Counted from the stretch's first letter, positions 49,148 to 61,364 are shown. The stretch: 64,000 nucleotides of DNA from Eledone cirrhosa (GCA_964016885.1 OZ024757.1:15004001-15068000), one strand, 5' to 3'. The notes: generated by a model not told the origin, from the sequence alone. Made by a program: numbers and translations.

Positions 49148-52125
49148 TCTATGTAACTATGACTCTCTCTTGTCGGCACCACCCTTGGCGTGGGAAGAGA
49201 GCTTAAGTCAGTGGTTTTGAGCTGTACGAGAGAGGCAGCTCTGTCCCGCTTCCCTTTTTTTTTTTTTTTTTTGTGGTGGTCAGTGTTGACTCGGCAGGTT
49301 CTACCATTCTCGGTTGGTCGGCCACATTAATGACGAACTAATTGGTGCCTAAATTATGATGATACAAAATTTGAAGTCCATACGGCAGCTGGGGGCCGAA
49401 AAACCAGTGGCCGGAGGGAATGGGATGGGTCCCTCCGGCCTGTCGCAGCGTTCTGTAATGGCCCGCTGCGATTGGCAACTGTCTCCGAGGACTGGCAAAG
49501 AGCCGGGCCATGTTCCTCGTAAGAGCGCCGGCTCACTGGATTTGACCCACCGGAGGTTTCAAATACCGACTATACTAGTCCGTAGGGATACACCCGATAA
49601 ATTTATTCTGGAGTACCCAACCCACGCTTTGGTTTTGAGAGGCAAGCAACTGCCGTCGGGCCAACGGTCGCGGGGGAGGACTGTCTCGAGATTCCGTGTA
49701 AGAGCGTAGTCTTGTTTTGTTCGTGCTGTTCGCGTCATTTCTCGGGCCCGTATGGTGGGCGGAGCATTTGCTGCGCTGTCATGAGCGAAAGGCAGTTTTT
49801 AGGTGCAGCAAATGCGGTAGGGAAAGTTGCCACCTGCATTCGCTCCGGGTGCACGTGGGCCGATGTACGGGCAGGAGATGGGACGACATGCCCGCCGTCT
49901 CGGACTTGATCCACAGGTGCGGAGAGTGCGACCGTGCCTTCCGTACGGTCGCAGGAAGATCGCAGCACGAGAGGCATCGTCATCCAGTGGCAGCCAATCG
50001 CCGCAGGATCGCGAAACACGCGGAGGAGATCGGAAAGAAGCGTGCCTCTCGTGCTGCTGCTGCAGCCTCTCGTGAGAAGGCTGGGCAGCCCCGCACCCGG
50101 GTTGGCCGTGGTTGTTGGTCCGAGCAGGAGGTTTCGGTCCTTCTCGAGAAGGAGGACGAGCTTCTTAGGGCGGGGTGTCGTCGTGTCAATCTTGGGATCG
50201 CTCCTTTCCTGCCCGGAAAGACTGTGAAACAGATTAGTTCGAAGAGGAGCGATCTAAGGAATAAAAAGAAATACTGTAAACAGTCCCCTACCCGTTCTGC
50301 AGGGTCGTTAGAAAGACGGCCGCCTATGGATTGGAGAGTTGGGTTTGTCGAGTTTGGCGTACGCGGATGACAATGCTCTGGTGTCCGGCTCCTCGGTGGA
50401 GATGCAGCGCCTAGTTGACAGGTGTGTGTCTTTCTACCGGGAGATGGGGCTAGCAGTCAATGTCTCCAAATGCGCCTTTTTCTCGATTAAAGCGTGGGGA
50501 AAGTCTTTCTTGGTCAACACGGACTCCGCCCCTGAGACTGATGGGATTCAGCTCTTGAGAATCGACCCTGCGGAGAAGTGTTCTTACTTAGGTGTTAGTG
50601 TCGGCCCGTGGTCGAAGCTCGAGTTGAAAGTTTCGGTGGAGCAGGTGTCACAGTGTGTCGATCAGATTTGCTGTGCTCCACTGAAGCCCCGGCAGAAATT
50701 CCATCTACTACAGCAGTATTACCTGCCTAGATTGTTTTAGTCTGGTGCAGGTGATGCCTAGCCGGATTAAACTTGAGGAGCTAGACGCGGCGATTCGCGC
50801 GGGAACACGTAAGATTATGCATCTGCATGCGTCGACCTCGGTTTCCTTCTTGTACTGTAGCAGGCGGCACGGTGGTTTGGGTCTTTGCCATCTGGCGAAG
50901 TTAATCCCATCCATCGTGATTCGTAAGAATCTCCGCCTGCTAGCCTCTCGATATGACGCGGTTCGTCTCATGGCGGAATCGGCGGGCCTCGCTATGCGGA
51001 ACAGCGAGATAGCGTTACGCTATGGGCTACCTCCGGTCTCGCCTGGCGCGTCCACGTACGAGCCCGATCTTGGACGACAGGCCGCCGAGGCCTGGGCCTC
51101 CCAGCCCGTCCAGGGGGTGTGTGCGGGGTCGTTTCGGGGTGACCGAATCGGCAACGATTGGTTGCTCCGCCCGGGTGTGGCTTCTGAGGGGACCTTTCTG
51201 AGTTGTCTGAAATTGCGAACCAATACGTTTCCCACTCGGGAATGCTTGACGAGAGGAGGTCGCGGTGATAAGTCCTGCCGACGCTGTGGAACGGCCGCGG
51301 AGACAATCGCCCATATCAGTGGCCAGTGCCCTCTTCTCAAGAGAAAGCGACTGGCTCGGCATAACCAGCTGTGCCAACTGATAGCGGGCGAATCTATGCG
51401 CCTCGGTTGGGCGGTTGGCTGGGAGCCGTCCTACCGGGTGAACGATGCGAGGCTCATTCCAGACCTGGTGATGACGAGAGGAGGTGCGACGTTGGTCGTT
51501 GATGTTACGGTGAGATTTGAGCAGGGGAGTGCCTTGATTGACGCTGCGGCGGAGAAGGTACGAAAATACCTTCCCCTAACGGCTCTGCTGGAGAATGAAA
51601 CGGGTGGGAGAGTCTCAGTCCATGGCTGTCCCATTGGGGCCTGCGGAGCCTGGTCCGTCGCGGCTGAGGAGACACTTGGCGCTCTTGGGATCGTTGATGA
51701 TGCGTTCAGGAGGCTCTTGTGTCGTAGAGCGATGCTAGCGACGCTGGGCATGCTTGAATGAGCTCTGGCTCAGCTCGGCTTGCTGGCGGGCTCGCGAGGC
51801 GGGGCTATCTGGACTCTTCTGGTTCCTCTTGCTGTAACTGACTGTCGTCTGCTCCCCTCTTGTATGGACTCACACTGGGTTCGGGGGATGATTGCCTCGG
51901 ATTTTTTTTTTTTTTTTTTTACGCGTTAGAGCCCGAGTCCACTCTTCCTAACTCAGATTAACAAAACTAAACCGGTCAGCGGTCGGATAGGAAATCCGAG
52001 TAGGAGAGGTGAGACGACTCCGCCGTTTCCGCTAGTCTGGGCGTTCGTGGTGGTTTCACGATGGCACGCCCCTTACCCCCCCGTCGCAGGGTTACGCGTT
52101 TATTTGTTAATTACTAAAAATTTAT
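49148..52125 (+). mobile_element. R2 lineage A, copy A2 (about 1.2-kb internal RT deletion at ~50326)
   Basis: Starts with the same CTATGTAACTATGACTCTCTCTTGTCGGCACC junction as 40145; CGCCTA|TGGATT joins A1 positions ~41878 and ~43085. Confidence 0.93.
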
Positions 52126-55100
52126 TAATTGTATGTTGAGTGGGAGAGTGGAAACTTGGGTCTCGAGGAGCGGTTTTTTTTTTGTTTTTTTTTTTTGATG
52201 AAGGAAATAATGGATTGACAGATGGCGGGTCGAATTGCGGTCGGCGTGACAGGATCATTCTGCCACGGCCGGCGTGCGGTTTGATCTGCGATCAGAACTA
52301 ACCGGAATGACAGGGGCGCACCGTTCATGCCATAAGAGCTGAGATGGCGCTGGCCCGTGGGACCACCCACTTCAAATAACAGGGAAAGGCGTCTCGTACC
52401 TTTAAAAAAGGTGCGAGTTAAATGCCAGCTACCATAGCCAACGGACCGCCACACCCCCTTGTCGCAGGGAGAGAGCTTAAATTCGTAGAACGAGCTACGC
52501 GGGAGAACCGGCCCCCATCCGGAGGCCGCTTCGGTAGGTGTAACCAGTCCCGATTGGTCGTTCCACACCAGAATGAACTAAGCGTGTGGAAAGAATAAAA
52601 CTATGGCAAAGTTGAAGAGTACAATTATCAGACGGGTGCATGGCCCCGCAAACATGCGGCCGGTTGGAACGGAACGAATCCAACCGGTCAGGGGCTGTTG
52701 GTTGAATCAACCGGCAGCCACGCGAAGCTATCGTTCCTTGGTGCAGACAAGGGATCGGGTCCGTACTACAGTAAGACAGCCGATCCCATCGGATTCAAAC
52801 TTTATTCCTACTATCGTGGTCCGTAGCGGAACGGGTGGCCGCTTCACCCTCGACTATGGCACCCACATCTTGGCGCTCTCCGGGAACCAGCTCCGCCGCC
52901 ACCTGGCTGTGGTTCCCGCCCCTGAGTGCGCCGATCACGCGACATTGGCCCCGGATGACGCCGAATCGGACACGCTTATTCCGTACCGGGTTCCGTTGTT
53001 GCACTACCGCCTTTGCTCCCGTAGCTTCTCAACGCCGGCCTCCCTGGGCCGTCACCAGGTCGATCGACGCGGGGTCTGTACCGTGTTCAGATGCCGTTTC
53101 TGCGGCCAGAGGAGCGTGGCGCTCCATTCGATCAGAGTGCGCGCGGGACTCTGCTCCCGCACTCTGCTCGTTCCGGCCGCTGCCGCCGGCGTGCCGGCTG
53201 GGTCCGAGAGTTGCAGCCTTTGTGGTAGAGTCTTTGCCACCGTGTCCGGAGTGTCGCAGCACATGCGCCACCGACACCCCGACGAGTCGAACGCAAGACG
53301 TATCGCCAGTTATTCCAAGGAACTGGCGGAGAAAAGAGAGAAACGTGCCCTGGCGAGGGCTGGGCCCGAGCCCGTCCCACGTCGGAAGGGCCGTGGTTGT
53401 TGGTCTAACACGGAGATCAGCATACTCCAGTTGGAGGGAGAGCGGTTGGCGCGGGAGGGCGTGCGATTCGTGAACGTGGTCCTCGAGTCCTTTCTCCCCG
53501 GCAAGAGTCGTAAACAGATCAGCGACAAGCGACGAGACCTGACGGCGAAAGGCAGGTCTAGTGCACCGGTGATCCCGCTTCCCGCGGCGCTGGCCGCCTC
53601 GAGCCTCTCCCAAACGGCTGCCCCCGACAACGCGGCCTGGCGGGAGATGTTTAGAGCCGCCACCGTCCCGGGTCGTTCGAAGTGGTCGGTGGAGTTCGCG
53701 GAATGCTCTTTGGAACTCGCTGAGGGGTTCACAGAGGAAATCTGGCGGAGGTAGGAGGGAAGCCTGGGCGATTGGATCGGCTCCCTCCGACCTGTCGGTC
53801 CCAGGGCAGAGAGCGGTCCCCGACGTAGGGGTAAGGGAGTGACGGTGAGACCGCGAGGGGCTGGAGGGAGAGGCCAGCGCGCGGTGCAGTCCCGGTTTCA
53901 GAGGCTTTATGAGAAGGACCGACGGCGGCTTCTTAGGCTGATACTGGGCGAGAGTGCGAGCGGCGTCTGCCCAGTTCCGCTGGTCGAGGTAGGGGGGGAT
54001 TACCGGGCTAGGTTCGCGGAGCGAGGTAGCGTAGTTGATCTTGGCGCGTATCTGCCCTCCGAGGGCGTGGTGAACTCCGCGCTGCTGCGCCCGTTTAGTG
54101 TCCCGGAGATTACCTCGGCTCCCGGGGGGCTGAGGGCCGGCTCGGCAGCAGGCCCAGACGGGGTCCCCCAACGGGCGATTCGGAGGGCCGGCCCAGAGGT
54201 CAGCGCTAATCTGTTCAACTGCTTCCTTCTGGCGGGTCGTGTACCAACGGTGCTGAAAGAAGGCAGGTCCATTCTTCTGCCTAAAAGCGGAAGAAACCCG
54301 AACGACCTGTCCGACTGAAGGCCCCTGACGATTTGCTCTGCGATTTATCGTCTCTACACGAAGGTTCTGGCGAGGCGCTTCTTGCAAGCCACTTCCCTGA
54401 ACCAGGCGCAGAGGGGATTCATTAAGGCAGACGGGTGCGGCGAGAACGTTTTTGTGATTCGCGAACTGATTGCGATGGCGCAGGGTCGGAGAGGTGCCCG
54501 ACGTCTGGGCCGTCTGGATGTCGCCCTTTTGGATCTCGCAAAGGCCTTCGACACGATTCCCCATCAGTTGGTGGCCGCCGGTATGAGGCGGAAGGGATTT
54601 TGCGCTCACATCACTGACCTTGTCGCTGACCTGTACACGGGGGCGACGACCAGGTTTGAGTTGCGCTCGGGGAGGAGCGACCCCATACCGATTCTGAGAG
54701 GAGTCCGACAGGGTGATGCGCTTTCCCCGATTCTGTTTAACATAGCGACGGGCATATCGTGCTTGGCATACGCGGACGACACGGCACTGTTGTCCGGCTC
54801 CTCAGGGGGCCTGCAGCGTCTGCTCGATCAGAGCGCGAGCTTCTTCGGGGAGGTCGGCATGGCGGTGAATGTGTCTAAGTGTACGTCGTTCGCGCTGGAG
54901 TCGCGGTCCTCCCGTACCTTCTTTGTGAATAGGGATGCGTCCCCGGTGATCGGCGGTAGGCCTCTGCCGCGGATTGACCCTGCCGACAGGTCCTTCCGAT
55001 ATCTCGGGGTGGAGGTCGATACTTCGTCCGGTGGTGGCGAGGTGGTCTCCGTGGAGTGGTTGCGCGGATCCCTCGAAAAAATCCGCGCGGCGCCCCTCAA

Positions 55101-56413
55101 GCCGAGACAGATGTTGGATCTGGTTCAGACCTTTCTCCTCCCGAGATTCCTCTACGGTCTGACGATGAATCTTCCGGCGCGATGCGTGCTCGAGTCACTG
55201 GATGCGGTGGTGCGTTCCGGGGTGCGGTCGTTCTTACATCTCCACGAGTCGACATCGTCCCATTTCCTCTACAGTTCCAGGGCGGATGGCGGACTCGGCC
55301 TCCAGGAGCTGGCGAGATGTATCGCGGCGAACGTGATTAAACTCTACCGCAGACTCGAGACATCTAGCTCGGCTGCAGTCCGGGGGCTTGCAGACGCGGC
55401 TGGTCTGCGTGCGAGGTGCGCCGAGATTGCCACCAGGTACGGACTGCCGCTGCCGCCTTCTGACCCGGAGCGGCCTTATGATCCCGGCATCCGAGCGTTC
55501 CACTCGCGGGCGTGGGAGTCGCAGCCGGTGCAGGGGGTATGTGCGGCCGCCTATCGTGGGAACGCAGAAGGCAACGACTGGCTATACAGTGGCGGCCCCG
55601 GCCCCCTCGAGGAATGGACGTTTCTGTGCTGCCTTAAGATCCGTACGAACACGTTTCCCACGCGGGAATGCCTCGCAAGGGGAGGCAGGGGAGGTCGCTC
55701 ATGTCGTAGATGCGGAGCGAGGGTCGAGTCGCTCTTGCATCTGAGCGGGGCGTGCCCCGCATACGGGCGCCTTCGGCTTCACAGGCACAACTCGGTGTGC
55801 GGTTGGATCGGAAAGGAAGCGGAGCGCCTGGGCTGGTCGGTCGCGGTGGAGCCGGTCTTCTTCGTGGAGGGCCGAAGGCTCATTCCGGATCTGGTATTTA
55901 GCAAGCCGGGTTGGACGGTCATAATTGATGTGACGATTCGGCTCGAGCAGGGTTCGGCCCTTGAGAGGGCGGCCGAGGAGAAAGTGTCGTAATATTCCCC
56001 GTTGGCGGATTCGCGTCGGGAGGGCGATCCCCGGACGACGGTCTTCGTGCACGGTTTTCCAATTGGGGCTTGTGGCAGCTGGTCCGTCGCGGCCGAGGCA
56101 GCTTTGAACGATCTTGGAGTTGGTGGCGGTGCGTTCCAGAGATTCCTCTGCAGGCGCACTCTCTGTAACACCATGGGGATGTTACGTGATTGAGCACGCC
56201 CGCGGGGCGCCTCCTTTGCTTCGTATTAGACCTTTCGGGCCCATCGATGGCGACCTCCCGTAAAAGCTCACCGTGGCCGAGCCCGCCCTCCCAACTAAAA
56301 CTGGGCTGGGTGTCGGCCGTTGAGTTACAGTCGCCAACGATCCGGCTCCCGGCTTTTTGTTTCAGACACGGATCCCCGCCACAGGGCGACGCGCCGGTGT
56401 CCGAACCTCGAGC
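52126..56413 (+). mobile_element. R2 lineage B, copy B2 (ORF 52603-56193 with stops; 3' UTR truncated)
   Basis: All R2 domains including RHN, PDLVF, IIDVTI. Confidence 0.94.
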
Positions 56414-57327
56414 TTTTTTTTTGCAGTGGTCAGTGTTGACTCGGCAGGTTCTACCATTCTCGGTTGGTCGGCCACATTAATGACGAACTAATTGGTGCCT
56501 AAATTATGATGATACAAAATTTGAAGTCCATACGGCAGCTGGGGGCCGAAAAACCAGTGGCCGGAGGGAATGGGATGGGTCCTTCCGGCCTGTCGCAGTG
56601 TTCTGTAATGGCCCGCTGCGATTGGCAACTGTCTCAGAGGACTGGCAAAGAGTCGGGCTATGTTCCTCGTAAGAGCGCCGGCTCACTGGATTTGACCCAC
56701 CGGAGGTTTCAAATACCGACTATACTAGTTCGTAGGGATACACCCGATAAATTTATTCTGGAGTACCCAACCCACGCTTTGGTTTTGAGAGGCAACTGCC
56801 GTGGTGGCTCGCGCGCGACCCCATGGACTCTGTCTGTGTGGCCAACAGTCGCGGGGGAGGACTGTCTCGAGATTCCGTGTAAGAGCGTAGTCTTGTTTTG
56901 TTCGTGCTGTTCGCGTCATTTCTCGGGCCCGTCTGGTGGGCGGAGCATTTGCTGCGCTGTCATGAGCGAAAGGCAGTTTTTAGGTGCAGCAAATGCGGTA
57001 GGGAGAGTTGCCACCTGCATTCGCTCCGGGTGCACGTGGGCCAATGCACGGGCAGGAGATGGGACGATATCCCGCCGCCTCGGACTTGATCCACAGGTGC
57101 GGAGAGTGCGACCGTGCCTTCCGTACGGTCGCAGGAAGCTCGCAGCACGAGAGGCATCGTCATCCAGTGGGTGCCAATCGCCGCAGGATCGCGAAACACG
57201 CAGAGGAGATCGTAAAGAAGCGTGCCTCTCGCGAGAGGGCTGGGCAGCCCCGCACCCAGGTTGGTCGTGGTTGTTGGTCCGAGCAGGAGGTTTCGGTCCT
57301 TCTCGAGAAGGAGGACGAGCTTCTTAA
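56414..57327 (+). mobile_element. R2 lineage A, copy A3 (5' fragment)
   Basis: Leader end, zinc fingers and start of Myb; ends at the piggyBac. Confidence 0.92.
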
Positions 57328-59871
57328 CCCTTTAGCGTTCAAAGCGACAAAAACCGACAAAATTATGTCCCCTTTCATTTATTCAAACCGACAAAAACCG
57401 ACATTTCAGACCACTCGTAGATCTCCTTCTAAAAATAAACATTGACATCATCAAAATCTCGTCAATTCGAGATTACAGCGAGATAAAGCCCTTACGCGCG
57501 AAAATTAACTCTTAGTATAGTTAAAGACCTTGTGATAACACGTGTTTTTAACTTTGAAATTGTAACATGGCTTCCGAAAGCAGCGACAACGATTTTGAAG
57601 GTTTTACATTCTACGACATTCAAGATAAAAAAGAAACAGAAGATAATATCAGTGATTTATCTTCAAATGAATCAGATATATTTATTTCTGATATATCTGA
57701 TGATGATGATAGTCACTTTGAAAGTGAAAGCGAAGAGATATCTGACACCATTGAAAAAACACCAACGTGGTTGAAAGAAACAACACCGATACATGTTTCG
57801 GATTTTAATGAAAATTCTGGACCACAACACACATTACCACCCGATGCTAAAGCTCTGGATTATTTTTTTTTATTTCTACCACAAACTTTCTTCAAAGTTG
57901 TGGCAGAAGAGACAAATCGCTATGCACAACAACAGATTTCTAATCGAGCAAAACCCGATCTGTTATGGCGTCCGACAGATTCTGCCGAAATGAAAGCGTT
58001 TTTTACCATAAACATTATGTTTGGTATTAAACAATTTCCACGACTGTGGAATTATTGGAGTACTGATATAAGGTTTGGTGACCCTTATATATCTAGTATT
58101 ATGGCCAAAACGAGATTTATAAAATTAAACCAGTATTTGCATCTGGTTGATACTACAAATGCCCCTGGTAGAAATGAATCGAATTACGACCCACTGTACA
58201 AAGTACGACCATTAATTGAAATGTTGACGGAAAAATTTAAAAGTATGTATTTACCTGGAAAAAATCTTAGTGTTGATGAAGCTATGATTGGGTATAAGGG
58301 TAGGGTTCATTTCAGACAGTATATGCCAGCTAAACCCACCAAATGGGGCATCAAAGTGTGGGAACTGTGTGAATCGGACACGGGATATTGTGTAAACTTT
58401 GATGTTTACACAGGAAAAAAACTTAACGGAGAGAGAAAGCACGGGTTGGGTTACGATGTTGTGTGGTCGCTGACTCAACCCTTCCACTTTCAACACAGAC
58501 ACATTTATTATGACCGTTTTTTTTCTTCGGTGCTTTTAGCAGAGGATCTTGCCCTTGTAAATACGTACACCTGCGGCACAATAATGAGCAATCGGAAAGG
58601 GCTACCCCAAGAAATAAAAGTTGCGAAACTAAAAAACAGAGGAGACATTCTCCAAATACAAAAAGAGAACATGTTAGCCACAGTGTTCAAAGACAAACGG
58701 CAAATTTTGTTCCTGAGTTCTAACCAACAACCAGGTGTTGGGGCTGAGGGTAGACCTTTAGTTAACCTCTCCTACAATAAATATATGGGTGGGGTTGACA
58801 AATCCGACCAATATTGCGCGTATTACCCAGTTGGACGCCCTGGAAAGAAATGGTGGAGATACATCTTGTGGTTTTTAGTGAATTTAACCATTGTGAATTC
58901 TTATATTGTATTTACTAAAAGCCACAAGGATCCGCCACCACCAAAGGACTACTGCCACATGAAATTTCGCGTGGACATTGCATCCCAGCTACGTGGGGGA
59001 TATACTTCTCGCAAACACAAAGCTGGGAAAAAATCAAAATTAGCAGTGGTCCACAAAGAAAATATTGATTTTCATAAAGTGGAGAGAATTGATGGTAGGA
59101 GGAAGGTTTGCCGATTGTGCTCTTTGCAAAAGAGAAAAACTGTTAAAGGTTACGCAATCCAAACCCTATTTATGTTCCTTTTGCAAAGTGCCCTTATGTA
59201 AAGGGTGCTTTGGGCAGTATCACGATAGAAATATTGTCTGACAATATTGAAAACAATATTTTAAAAATATATTAGCACACATATACAAAAACACCTGCAT
59301 TCACCTGTGACACACCTGTTAATGAACTTATATATTGGGAACATTCTGTTACGTAATTTTACACCGTACATTGTGTAAGAGTACATTGCCAATATTATTT
59401 TGACTGGGGAAAAGGTTTTATACATTTTTTTCAATGAAAATATTTGCCTAGAATGTAGAGAAAGACTAAAACATTGTACTGATTACACCTGCATTTTTAA
59501 TTAATTCACCTGTTCGGAAAACTGCTAGAATTGATGGAAATCATAATCTAGATCATTATTGGATTTTTTTGCAACAAATCTAACAGGTAAGGCAGATAAA
59601 GTTTAAATTTTTGTGTTTATCCATAAAGTTATTACTTTTACACCTGTTAATTAATTTTACCTGCCCATAAAAGTCAAATTTAACAAAAAAAAATCAGGTA
59701 AAAATATATAATTGTAAATTATAGTTCTTTAAACGTCTACTGACAAAATTTCAAGTCTGCACATAGAAAATTAAAGTAATTAGAAACAAATAAAATTGAT
59801 AACCCTCTTGAGTGAAAATAATGCGAATAGATGAACATGACATTTGACAATTCAATGTGAATGCTAAAGGG
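57328..59871 (+). mobile_element. piggyBac DNA transposon, 2544 bp
   Basis: TTAA at 57324-57327 and 59872-59875; 14-bp terminal inverted repeats CCCTTTAGCGTTCA / TGAATGCTAAAGGG (1 mismatch). Confidence 0.97.
57567..59201 (+). CDS. piggyBac transposase (frameshift in C-terminal cysteine-rich domain)
   Basis: Acidic N-terminus; SVDEAM, YYDRFF, GGVDKSDQ DDD triad; KPTKWGIK; rest of the Cys domain is in another frame to 59241. Confidence 0.95.
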   Translation: MASESSDNDFEGFTFYDIQDKKETEDNISDLSSNESDIFISDISDDDDSHFESESEEISDTIEKTPTWLKETTPIHVSDFNENSGPQHTLPPDAKALDYFFLFLPQTFFKVVAEETNRYAQQQISNRAKPDLLWRPTDSAEMKAFFTINIMFGIKQFPRLWNYWSTDIRFGDPYISSIMAKTRFIKLNQYLHLVDTTNAPGRNESNYDPLYKVRPLIEMLTEKFKSMYLPGKNLSVDEAMIGYKGRVHFRQYMPAKPTKWGIKVWELCESDTGYCVNFDVYTGKKLNGERKHGLGYDVVWSLTQPFHFQHRHIYYDRFFSSVLLAEDLALVNTYTCGTIMSNRKGLPQEIKVAKLKNRGDILQIQKENMLATVFKDKRQILFLSSNQQPGVGAEGRPLVNLSYNKYMGGVDKSDQYCAYYPVGRPGKKWWRYILWFLVNLTIVNSYIVFTKSHKDPPPPKDYCHMKFRVDIASQLRGGYTSRKHKAGKKSKLAVVHKENIDFHKVERIDGRRKVCRLCSLQKRKTVKGYAIQTLFMFLLQSALM

Positions 59872-61175
59872 TTAAGGACGAACTAATTGGCGCCTAAAAT
59901 AATGATTGTAATAAATTATTTTAAAAAAAATCATTTATATCCGTACGGTAGCTGGGGGCCGTTTTAAAACCAGTAACCGAGGGGTCGGGATGGGCCCCTT
60001 AGGTTTACTAACCGCAGCGGGCCGTTGTGGTAGCTCCGTGATCATTACAGCGGATCGTGATGGGATATGGAGTCGCCGTGGTGGCTCGCTGTGGTACTTA
60101 ACCACCCTCGAGGGCTGACAGGGAGCCGGGATACGCCCTCTGGATTAGAGCCGGCTCAAACCTTTTTTTTTTTTTTTGTCCTTGTTTTTCTTTTTGTGTG
60201 GGCGCGGAAGTTCCTGGAAACTCTCTTCCTAGTTTTTTTTTATTAACTCGGTGAGCGGTCGGATATAATATCCGAGAAGGAAAAGTAAGACGTCTCCGCC
60301 GTTCCGCTAGTCTGGTGGTTCGCCTTGGGAAAGCGATAGAACCACCTTATCCCCCCGTTGCAGGGTTACGCGTTGCTTAAAGGAAAGTGCTTTTCTTTTT
60401 GTATTATTAACAGTTTCGTTATTTTAGGAATAGGAAGGGAGTGATGAAATGGCTTCTGGAGCGCCCCACTTTTTTTTTTAGTACAATGGCACGGCCAAGG
60501 AGTTTAGAACCTCTCTGTGCAGGATTCGTGCAACAGGATCTCCGCGCGGGGTTCGGTTCGGGTTGCTCACTTGGTGCGTCCAACTGGATTGACAAAATAG
60601 CACGGCCGGGAGCGCTTAGTGTCTCGCATTGTTCGCTCGCTGAGGGGGTTCCCAGCCAGCCCTCGCGGGGTCCATGGCTTGGACTGCTCTCTTGGCGTGA
60701 CCAACCGAATTGACAGGGCACACCGTTCATGCCATAGTTCGCTTGATGGCGTTGGCCCGTGGGACCACCCACTTTAAAAAAAGGGAAAGGCGTCTTATAC
60801 TTTGAAAAAAGTATAAGTTAAATGCCAGCTAAAAGAGCTGTACGACTCTTTGAGCTGTACGAGTGAGCCAACTTGACGCGTTTCTTTTTGCGGATTAACG
60901 CGTGTCCGTACCTTTCGACCGAGGTGCGGGCTCAGGTTGGCTCGGCAGGTTTTACCATACTCGGTTGGTCTGCCACATTAAGGACGAACTAATTGGCGCC
61001 CAAAATAATGATTGAAATAAATTATTAAAAAAATCATTTATATCCGTACGGTAGATGGGGGCCGTTTAAAACCAGTAACCGAGGGGTCACGTTGGGCCCC
61101 TTAGGTTTAATTCTCTTACCGCAGCGGGCCGTTGTGGTAGTCCCGTGATCATTACAGCAGATCGTGACGGGATAT
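59872..61175 (+). mobile_element. Non-autonomous R2-derived element (lineage C), tandem partial copies
   Basis: Leader end + post-AUG structures (59876-60160) fused via poly-T to A-like 3' UTR (60201-60374), then a new leader (60420-61175); no R2 ORF. Confidence 0.75.
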
Positions 61176-61364
61176 AGATCTTAAGTATATGTACGAAGGA
61201 CAGCGTATAGTTATATTTGACTTTACTCGTGCACAACAGAATCACATTAATTATGAAGTTATTGAATCTATTAAGAATGGTCTCAGATGCTCTTGTAAAT
61301 ACTTTTCTTATACTAAGTCATTTCCTATACCTCATGTTATTGTATTCGCCAACTTTTCTCCCAA
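61176..61364 (+). pseudogene. rep: CRESS DNA virus Rep helicase fragment (nanovirus/alphasatellite-like motifs)
   Basis: YEGQRIVIFDFTR (Walker B), NYEVIESIKNG...SCKY (B'), PHVIVFANF (motif C); AT-rich island within GC-richer R2 leader. Confidence 0.88.

Noticed and set aside
53029-54609. Long antisense ORFs (526 aa here; 428 aa at 46058-47344)
   Set aside because: Shadow frames of GC-rich R2 coding sequence with no motifs
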